Shown piece after piece: positions 56,923 through 64,000 of a DNA stretch of 64,000 nucleotides. This DNA comes from an uncultured Acidobacteriota bacterium (GTDB lineage Bacteria; Acidobacteriota; Vicinamibacteria; Vicinamibacterales; SCN-69-37), in NCBI GenBank assembly GCA_963764505.1, contig CAVXSP010000001.1, positions 1,959,207-2,023,206 on the forward strand, given 5' to 3'. Each line of letters opens with the position of its first letter. The first letter of the stretch is position 1. The notes beneath the pieces are model-generated. The model did no database searches. It was not told where the DNA came from and saw nothing but the letters and a program-made list of their open reading frames with translations. Both the position numbers and the translations under genes were made by a program.

Positions 56923-57689
56923 ATGCCGAAGGATGACGCGTTCTTCCACATCGGCGACGTCTTCGCCAAGGAAGTCAATCGCAACTACCTGTACTTCGTC
57001 TTGGAGCTGAATGTCGCGGCGCTCGATCGGCACCGGGTGGCCGCACGTCAGGCCGGCATCGCGCCGCCGAGTTACACGGCGTTCGCCGTCCATGCGATCG
57101 GCAACGCCCTCCGCGAGCACCCGGATCTCAATTGCATGATTTGCGAGATGCCTTTTTCCAGGGGGTTGAGACCCTGGACGACATCACGGCAACCGTGGCG
57201 GTCGAGCGCGAGGTCGACGGAGTCGACATGGTCTTGGCACTCCCGATTCGTCATGTCGACCAGAAGTCTCTGGCTGAAATTCATGCCGAGCTGAAAGCCA
57301 TGACGGAGAACGAGGTGACGGCGCGGGCCGAGGTCCGTCAGTTGCTCGCCTTGAATACCCTTGCGCGATATTCTCCCCTGCTGGCCGGCCTGGTGACGAA
57401 GTTGCCGCGTCTGTCCAAGGACATGTGGATGAAATATCGGAACGGCTCGTTCGTCGTGACCTCTCCAGGAAAGTACGGCGGCGCTGACGTGATTATTCCG
57501 ACGTGGCCCTGGCCCCTCACGTTCGCGTTCGGTTCAATCAAACCCCGGCCGGTGGTCGAGGACAGTGTGGTCGTGGCCAGAAACACGATGCGAGGGACGC
57601 TCGCCGTCGATCGTCGACTGGCGAACGGCGCACCGCTCGCGAGGTTCGCCGAACGCGTTCGTGTTCTGCTCGAAGGCGAGGGAACCTGA
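56923..57689 (+). pseudogene. Second stand-alone E2-type (CAT-fold) acyltransferase-like protein with a degenerate catalytic motif; frame break in the T5 run 57153..57157
   Basis: Shows ...YTAFAVHAIGNALREHPDLNCMICEMPF / FQGVETLDDITATVAVERE...LALPIRHVDQKSLAEI... The catalytic position reads VDRRLANGAP instead of DHxxxDG. Adding one T restores MPFFQGVE. Confidence 0.65.
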
Positions 57690-57763
57690 CGATCGTCGGA
57701 ATGCACCAGCCGGCTGGTATGATGAGCCGCTCTTCCAGACCGCTCCTGAATGGAGGTCGGACC

Positions 57764-58241
57764 ATGATGCGTAGCGTTCGCAAAGGTGCTGCGACGGCCG
57801 GGCTCGCGGCATTGTGCCTGTTCCTGAACACGCCTGCGGCGCGGGCGCTGCAGCAGACTCTGACGGTCTTCACCGCCTCGGGGTCAATAGTCTCTCAGGA
57901 GTTCTGTTCGCCGACGGAGGTCTGCCAGGTCGCGCTCATTTCAGGGCGGGCTACGCAGTTCGGCGCCTTTGCCGGTGTCTTGTCCGAACGGGTGGACCTC
58001 CAAACCGGTACCTACACCGGGACGGGTAAGTTCACGTTCAGCGGCGGGAGCACGATCAGCACCGAGTACCGAGGGCCAGGTGGTCTCGACGCCGTCCGGG
58101 GCGGCAGTCTTTTCCGAACAGCACCAGATCGTCGGAGGGACAGGCCGGTTTGCGGAGGCAACCGGACAATTGGCAGTGGCCGGTCTGGCGGATGCGACCG
58201 GAAAGGTCTCCGTTATCGGCGTCGGCCGACTCAGTTGGTGA
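57764..58241 (+). pseudogene. Small secreted protein of unknown function, one frame break near 58070
   Basis: GGAGG lies 7 nt before the ATG. The signal peptide is MMRSVRKGAATAGLAALCLFLNTPAARA|LQ. The second half (QVVSTPSGAAVFSEQHQIVGGTGRFAEATGQLAVAG...) is in another frame. Confidence 0.45.
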
Positions 58242-58245
58242 TCCG

Positions 58246-58678
58246 CTAAGACTCGCCGGCGGCGAGCATCTCCCGCATCTCCCGCATCTCCCGCACCTCC
58301 CGCATCTCCGCCTCGAGCAGCGCGGCGTCCTCGATCAGCCGCTCGATCTGCCGGCACTGCCGCGACACGACGACGGAGAACGACACGGACGCGAGGAACA
58401 TGAAAAAGATCTGCACGAGCAGCAGCGCCGCGGGCGGGCAATAAATCCGAGCGCCAAGGCTACGCGATCGAGCAGTCCGCGGGCCATGGAGAAGCCCAGC
58501 AGCGCCAGCGCGCAGAGAATCCAGATGAACAGGTACTCCTCGGTGAGCGCTTCTGGCGCCGGACCAGGTCGAGCACGACCACGAGCAGCGTCGCGCTCAC
58601 GACTGTTAGCGAACGGGCAAATGCGGCCACTGCGGAACGTCTGAAAACCGGCCACGGCAGGTAGGGGCGATCGGACAT
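58246..58678 (-). pseudogene. Small membrane protein with a C-terminal (EMR)n repeat tail, two frame breaks
   Basis: The pieces MSDRPYLPWPVFRRSAVAAFARSLTVVSATLLVVVLDLV / PEALTEEYLFIWILCALALLGFSMARGLLDRVALALGFI / AALLLVQIFFMFLASVSFSVVVSRQCRQIERLIEDAALLEAEMREVREMREMREMLAAGES* lie in three frames. Confidence 0.4.
58267..58311. repeat. 9-bp tandem repeat (catctcccg x3, then cacctcccg and catctccgc)
   Basis: Read directly. On the minus strand it encodes the EMR/EVR repeat tail of the small membrane protein. Confidence 0.9.
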
Positions 58679-58702
58679 CGTTGAGGGTTTCCGCCTTCAA
58701 GG

Positions 58703-59189
58703 ATGTCGATGGCCAATTACCTGCAAATGCCGAAGAAGCAACAAGTTCTCGCCCTCCTCGAGCTCGGCTGGACGTACCGCCGCATTGAAGCGGAGACGGG
58801 CGTTCGGCGTGAGACCGTCAGCCGGTACGACCGCGCGCGCCAATCAAATGCGGCCAAAACGTTCCCCGGCTCGGATCCGTCGCCGCCGACATCGCTCCCA
58901 GCGACGGACCGAGACGGACGACGCAAATGCGGCCAAAGCGTTCGCCGGCTCGCCGTCAAATCCGGCCAAAACGTTCCCCGGCTCGACGACCCCGCCGCGG
59001 TTTGCCGCGGCCGCCTATCGGACAGCGATCACCGAAAAGCTGGACGCCGGCCTGAGCCTGCAGCGCGTCTGGCAAGACCTGGTCGAGGAGTACAGCTACG
59101 GCGCCAGCTACGAATCGGTGAAGCGGTTCGTGCGGACGCTGACGCCGACGCGCCGCGCCGTCGGCGTGTTCCACTGTGCGCCGGCCGAG
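58703..59189 (+). pseudogene. istA: IS21-family transposase IstA, 5' part (HTH region), one frame break about 58880-58920
   Basis: MSMANYLQMPKKQQVLALLELGWTYRRIEAETGVRRETVSRY continues in another frame as ...AAAYRTAITEKLDAGLSLQRVWQDLVEEYSYGASYESVKRFVRTL...VFHCAPAE, and then the RIT end begins. Confidence 0.8.
58845..58985 (+). repeat. Three about 29-bp direct repeats (caaatgcggccaaaacgttccccggctcg and 2 variants) inside istA
   Basis: The copies lie at 58845..58873, 58924..58952 and 58957..58985. Each encodes (S/A)N(A/P)AK(T/A)F(P/A)GS. The first copy is in a different frame from the other two. Confidence 0.8.
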
Positions 59190-59218
59190 ATTATGGTGAG
59201 TCCCCCGTTATGGTGAGT
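59189..59218. repeat. Left terminal inverted repeat of the RIT element
   Basis: gaTTATGGTGAGtcccccgTTATGGTGAGt is the perfect reverse complement of 62646..62675. Confidence 0.9.
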
Positions 59219-59324
59219 TGCGTGGGTCCTCTCGCCTGCCTGCCGGCGTAGCGTCGCCGTGATCCCGACCGGCTCCTTCCCATAATCCCTGCTTCTGAGG
59301 CGTCAGGCCTCGAAGGAGGGAGAC

Positions 59325-60581
59325 ATGTTCGCTGGGTACTATTTCGCCGATCAGGTTCAGCGCTATCGGGCGTCACCACACAAGCCGCGGATCGATCACG
59401 TCGCGCAAGCGCTGGTCGGTCGCCAGTACCTGAAGGAGGTCGTCGAGCAGCATCTGCGGGAGTGGCTGCGGTTCACCGCCGACTGCGATGCGCGTGGCAT
59501 CGCCCTGCCGCAGACTGTTCACGCACGGGAGGTGGAGGAGTATGTGGCACGGCGGCTGCCGCGGGGCAGCGCGAGCCGGCGCCGATTCGTGCGGGCGTCG
59601 GTCCGCATCTTTCTCGAAACGGATGCAGACGGCGTGTTTCGTCGACGAATCGGGACGGCGGTGGCCCCCGCGGTGCCGGTGTGGATCGAGCCCGCCCTTC
59701 AGGCGTACACCGCGTTTCTCCGGGCGCATCGTGGCCTCGCCGCGCGCACGGTGCACAAGCGCGTCTGGCAGTTGGCGCGCATCGCCGACTTCTGGGACCA
59801 CACAGGGCTGGCGACGTTGCCGGAGCTGGGCGTCTCACACATTCAGCAGTTCTTTCTTCAGCTCGCGCATCAGAAGCCTGCGACCCGGCGGACATATGGC
59901 GTCACGCTCAGGAGTTTCTTGCGGTGGGCGTACCAAGAGGGCTGGGTGCCGACGGATCTCCGAGCGGCGGTGATCACCGGTCGCCACATGCGGCAGGCGC
60001 AGGTGCGGGATGTCCTGACGGCCGAAGATGTCGCCCGCGTGGTGGCGGCGGTCGATCGGTCGCGTGCGGTCGGCCGGCGAGACTACGCCGTGCTCTTGCT
60101 CGCGATTCGCTACGGGATGCGCCCGTCGGACATTCGGCAGCTCCGCCTCGACGATGTGCAGTGGCGACGGGGCCTGATCGCGATTCGACAAGCGAAGACC
60201 GGCCGACCGTTGACGCTGCCGTTGCTGCCCGAGATTGCCGACGCGTTGGCGGCCTATCTTCGGGATGGCCGTCCCAAGACGGCGGCGCGCGAGATCTTCG
60301 TCCGCCACCGCGCGCCGTTTGCGCCATTCGTCCCGACCAATAATCTGAGCGCGATTGTGCGCCCGCTGTTCCGCCGGACCGGTCTCGACCAGCGATCCGG
60401 CGGTCGCGGGCTGTACGTGTTTCGGCACACGCTGGCGAGCGGACTGCTCGCGGCCGAGTGTCCGATCAAGTCGATCGCCGATGTGCTCGGCCATCAGTCG
60501 ACGGACACGACGATGGAATACGCGACGATCAATCTGGCCGCGCTCCGCCGCGTGGCGCTGTCGGAAGCGGAGGTGCGCTCG
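59325..60581 (+). CDS. ritA: Tyrosine recombinase, RitA-like (reads through in frame into the next recombinase)
   Basis: AAGGAGGGAGAC precedes the ATG. The N-terminal SAM-like/core-binding region is followed by RRDYAVLLLAIRYGMRPSD, FRHTLASGLL and LGHQSTDTTMEY. There is no stop before the ATG at 60582. Confidence 0.75.
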
Positions 60582-61586
60582 ATGAGCGCGCCCACATCGC
60601 TTTCGGTGCCCACATTCTCGTCGCCGCTGGCGGACGCCCTCTCGCGCTTTCTCGCGTGCAAGCGAGCCGCGGGCTGTCGCTACGACGACGAAGCGCGCGC
60701 CCTGCGGCTCCTCGACCAGTTCCTGACCACGACCCTCACTCCGGAGGACCCGATGATCACGTTGGACGTGGTGCGACGCTATGTCGCGCGCCGAGGCGAG
60801 GAATCGGAGACCACGCGCGCGCACCGACTCAGCCTGATCCGACAGGTCTGCCGCTTCGTCGCCCTCGAGCAACCGCGGACGGCCGTGCCGGCGCCGCGGT
60901 TCTTGGGCATTCATCGCCGCACGTTCGTGGCGCGGGTGATGTCACAGGAGGAGGGCCAGCGATTCCTGGCCGCGTGCGAGCACCTGGTGACGAGACCGTG
61001 GTCTCCGATCCGCGACACGGTCTTGGGCACCGCCCTGGTGCTGCTGTACCTCACCGGCCTGCGGACGGGCGAAGTGCTCGGGCTCACCATTGCGGACGTC
61101 GACCTCGTGAGCGCCGTGCTGCGCGTGCGCGACACCAAGTTCGGCAAGTCTCGTCTCGTTCCCCTGGCGTCCGACGTCGCGGCCCGACTTGACCGCTGCC
61201 GCAGGACGATCGAGCGCCGCCTGGGCTCGCGCAGCCCGGACGCGCCGTTCTTTGCGACGGCGTCCGGCCGCCCGTACTCACACACCGCGCTCTCCGCCGC
61301 ATTCCGCCAAGTGCTCGCGCGCGCCGATATCCCTCGCCACAGCGCCGGCCGTCCACTTCGCCTCCACGATCTCCGTCACGGCTTTGCCGTGCTCAGGCTG
61401 TTGCTGTGGTACCAGCAGGACGCCGATCTCGGGGCTCGGTTGCCGGCCTTGGCGACGTACCTGGGGCACGTGGGCTTGGCCAGCTCCCAACGGTACCTGC
61501 AGCTCACCGCCGACATGGTTGGCGAGATCTCCCGCCGGCACGAGCGCCGGTTCGGATACCTGATCAGCGAGCGAGGGCAGTCATGA
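60582..61586 (+). CDS. ritB: Tyrosine recombinase, RitB-like
   Basis: Shows LYLTGLRTGEVLGL, LHDLRHGFAV and LGHVGLASSQRY. The stop overlaps the next ATG (ATGA at 61583..61586). Confidence 0.8.
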   Translation: MSAPTSLSVPTFSSPLADALSRFLACKRAAGCRYDDEARALRLLDQFLTTTLTPEDPMITLDVVRRYVARRGEESETTRAHRLSLIRQVCRFVALEQPRTAVPAPRFLGIHRRTFVARVMSQEEGQRFLAACEHLVTRPWSPIRDTVLGTALVLLYLTGLRTGEVLGLTIADVDLVSAVLRVRDTKFGKSRLVPLASDVAARLDRCRRTIERRLGSRSPDAPFFATASGRPYSHTALSAAFRQVLARADIPRHSAGRPLRLHDLRHGFAVLRLLLWYQQDADLGARLPALATYLGHVGLASSQRYLQLTADMVGEISRRHERRFGYLISERGQS

Positions 61587-62588
61587 CCGCGCCCGATCTC
61601 GCGAGGCTCGTGACCGCCTTCTTCGTGCGCCACCTCGCCGCGGAGCACAATGCCAGTCCGCACACCACCAAGGCGTATCGAGACGCGCTCAAACTGCTGC
61701 TCCGATTCGCGGCCGCCGCCTGTCACCGACCGATCGCGGCGCTGCAGATCGAGGACTTGACCCCCGATCTGATCCTGCGATTTCTCACGGACCTCGAAAC
61801 AACGCGGCGCAATTCGGTACGGACCCGCAATGCGCGCTTGGCGGCGATTCACAGTTTCTTCCGGTACGTCCTCGACGGCCACCCCGAGTGCGCCCTCGCG
61901 TGTCATCGCGTGCTGGCCATTCCCGTGAAGAAGGCCACGCGTCCGCTGCTCGGCTACCTCACGGAAGCGGAGCTCGCCCATCTGCTCGCGCAGATGGACC
62001 GCACGACGATCGACGGGGAGCGCGACTATGTGCTGCTCGCCCTGCTGTACGACACCGGCGCCCGCATCCAAGAGTTGCTCGACCTGACGCCGAGCGATAT
62101 CCGGCTCGTATCGCCCGCCGTCGCGCGACTCCACGGCAAAGGCCGACGAGAGCGCCTCTGTCCACTGTTGCCGCAGACCGCCCGGCTCGTCAGCCGGTAT
62201 CTCGCCTGCGTGGGTCGTGCCGCTCGATGATCGCGGTCCCTTGTTTCGCAATCGGTACGGGCAGCCGCTGAAGCGCCACGGTGCCCGCTATCTGTTGATG
62301 AAATACCTCGACCGCGCCCGCGCGTCGATGCCCAGTCTCCGCCGATCCGGCATCAGCCCACACACGATCCGACACACCAAGGCCATGCACCTGCTTCAGG
62401 CCGGCATTCCGTTGATCACCATCAAGGATTTTCTCGGTCATGCCGACGTGAAGTCCACGGAGGTGTACGTGCAGATTGATGTCGGCATGAAGCGCGACGC
62501 CCTGGCCCTCGCCGGATCCCCGACGTCGAGCACGCCGAAGGCGCCGCGTCTATCGAAAGACCTCCTGACCTGGTTGGAAGCGCTGTAG
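61583..62588 (+). pseudogene. ritC: Tyrosine recombinase, RitC-like, one frame break near 62215
   Basis: ...LLALLYDTGARIQELLDL...RYLACVGR is then out of frame with LDDRGPLFRNRYGQPL...SPHTIRHTKAMHLLQAG...LGHADVKSTEVY. Confidence 0.8.
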
Positions 62589-62601
62589 GAATTATGTGAA
62601 G

Positions 62602-62641
62602 CACGTCGGGAAGGACACCGCGTCATCCCGACGTGTTTCTT
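62602..62641 (+). terminator. Hairpin + T-rich tract after ritC
   Basis: A perfect 10-bp stem (cacgtcggga / tcccgacgtg) with a 14-nt loop is followed by TTTCTT. Confidence 0.55.
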
Positions 62642-62645
62642 CCGG

Positions 62646-62675
62646 ACTCACCATAACGGGGGACTCACCATAATC
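62646..62675. repeat. Right terminal inverted repeat of the RIT element
   Basis: aCTCACCATAAcgggggaCTCACCATAAtc. It is followed by a further TTATGGTGAG/CTCGCCATAA pair at 62680..62699. Confidence 0.9.
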
Positions 62676-62700
62676 GTCGTTATGGTGAGCTCGCCATAAC

Positions 62701-63794
62701 GATGAGGCCCAGGTCGATTTCTTCAAAGGCGCGCCGACCCTGGAGCCGCGCACGGGGGAATGGCGTCGCCCGTGGGTCTTTCGGATGACGTTGTGCCACT
62801 CGCGGCACGGCTACGAAGAAGCGGTGTGGGATCAGAAGCTCGAGACGTTTCTCCGGCTGCACGAGCGCGCGTTCCGCGACTTCGGGGGCGTCCCGAAGGT
62901 GATTCGCCACGACAATCTCAAAGCCGCCGTCGTCCGCGCGTGCTTCTACGATCCCGACAGTCACGAGGTCTACCTCGCGTTCGCTCGGCACTGGGGCTTC
63001 ACGCCCTTGCCGACGCAACCGCGCCATCCGCAAGAAAACGGGAAGCAGGAGCGGAGCGGGGGCTACGTGAAGGGCAACGCGCTGAAGGGCCGTCGGTTCG
63101 ACAGCCTCGAGGCGCACAATGCCCATCTGCGCCACTGGAATCGGACGGTGGCGCGGCTCCGCATTCACGGCACGACGCGGCGCCAGGTGTGGACGCACTT
63201 CGTCGAGATGGAGCAACGCGTGCTGCAGCCGCTCGCCGCGACCGCGTTTCCGCTCTTCACGGCCGGCGAGCGCACCGTGCACGCCGACGGCCACGTCGAA
63301 GTGGACGGCAGCTTCTATCCCGTCCCCCTGGCTCTGCTCGGGCGAAAAGTCCGCGTGCAGTGGGACACGCACCTGGTCCGCGTGTTTCACGCGGAGGCGC
63401 TCGTGGCGGTCCACAAGAAATCGCCGCCGGCCTGTTCGCGCCGCGTCCCGGCGAGGCCGAGACCTCGACGCGCCAACAGGCGTTTGTCGATCGCTTGCTC
63501 GGGCAGTGCGCGCGCGTCGGTCCGGCCTTGGCGCAATGGGCCGAAGCGGCCCTGGCAGCCCGTGGCGTCCGCGCGCTGCGGTTGATTCAAGGCGTCCTCG
63601 GATTGACGCGGCGGCATCCGCGCGAGCAGGTGCTGCGCGCCATCAGCGAGGCCCAGGCCCGCCAGCATTTCCGCTATCAAACCATTCGTCAGCTCGTCGA
63701 GCGGACGCCGACGCCCGCGGCGCCGGCGCTCGTCCACGACGATCCGGCGATTCGTCCGATGACCCAATACACCCTGGAGGATTTCTTGCGATGA
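62701..63794 (+). pseudogene. istA: IS21-family transposase IstA, 3' part (DDE/rve domain), one frame break in the A3 run 63418..63420
   Basis: Shows DEAQVDFFKG...MTLCHSRHGYEEAVWDQK...VIRHDNLKAAV...PRHPQENGKQER. Then ...AVHKK is out of frame with IAAGLFAPRPGEAE...QYTLEDFLR*. Confidence 0.85.
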
Positions 63795-64000
63795 ATGCTC
63801 AGCTCACCACGCGCTTACGTCACCTTCGGCTGTCCGGCATGGTCGATGCCTTACCCGGGCGCATCGCCCAAGCCGAAGCCGCGCCGTTGCCGCATCTGGA
63901 ATTCTTGGAGTTGCTCGTGGAGGACGAGCTCGGGCGCCGGGCCGATCGGCTGTATGCGCGCCGCCTGAAACAGGCCGGCATCGTCACGGTCACCAGCCTG
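63791..64000 (+). CDS. istB: IS21-family helper ATPase IstB, N-terminal part (continues beyond the window)
   Basis: MNAQLTTRLRHLRLSGMVDALPGRIAQAEAAPLPHLEFLELLVEDELGRRADRLYARRLKQAG is a typical IstB N-terminus. It forms an ATGA overlap with the istA stop. Confidence 0.85.
   Translation, partial: MNAQLTTRLRHLRLSGMVDALPGRIAQAEAAPLPHLEFLELLVEDELGRRADRLYARRLKQAGIVTVTSL

Larger units (their letters stand above)
59190..62700 (+). mobile_element. Recombinase-in-trio (RIT / tyrosine-recombinase trio) element, 3511 bp, inserted in istA
   Basis: It holds three tandem tyrosine recombinase genes and has perfect 30-bp terminal inverted repeats. Precise removal restores the istA reading frame. Confidence 0.8.
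58703..64000 (+). mobile_element. IS21-family insertion sequence (istA-istB), interrupted by a RIT element; the left IR is not identified and the right end lies outside the window
   Basis: The istA halves lie at 58703..59189 and 62701..63794. istB starts at 63791 with an ATGA overlap. Confidence 0.7.

Noticed and set aside
58267-58985. Short direct repeats (9-bp x5 and 29-bp x3) considered as a possible CRISPR array.
   Set aside because: There is no regular repeat-spacer periodicity and the repeat units are too short or too few. Both lie inside coding sequence, and no cas genes are in the window.

Overview
This is a 64-kb, very GC-rich (about 70% by eye) bacterial chromosomal segment; the taxon cannot be established from the sequence alone. 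It is dominated by a cell-surface glycan / exopolysaccharide island. The island holds at least 13 Leloir-type glycosyltransferases (GT4, GT2, GT1), 3-4 polytopic GT-C-like enzymes, and two polyprenyl-phosphate sugar-donor enzymes (a UbiA type and a Dpm1-GtrA fusion). It also holds two NodU-type carbamoyltransferases, acyl- and methyl-transferases, two SGNH esterases, an O-antigen-ligase/Wzy-like protein and a Wzm/Wzt ABC exporter.

On the minus strand, from 46.6 to 38.4 kb, an exosortase module (XrtA-like, EpsI, PrsT-like TPR lipoprotein) runs with almost no gaps into a Gfo/Idh/MocA-SDR fusion and then wzm/wzt. Divergent from it lies an acyl module: a LuxI/FeeM-like N-acyltransferase, an FAD oxidase, a Skp-like chaperone, an ACP and an E2-type acyltransferase. 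This is followed by a PEP-CTERM substrate gene that has a sigma-54-type promoter candidate. A MntA/HepT toxin-antitoxin pair is embedded in the island.

The 3' end carries an IS21-family element whose istA is split by a 3.5-kb recombinase-in-trio (RIT) element with perfect 30-bp inverted ends.

Many reading frames are broken by +/-1 indels. I find 5 breaks in the first 42.7 kb and at least about 30 between 43.1 and 63.5 kb, several of them at homopolymer runs. This could be an assembly artefact or recent decay of the exosortase region. I recognised no rRNA, tRNA or CRISPR array. The ORF track uses alternative start codons (GTG/TTG shown as M), so several starts are uncertain.
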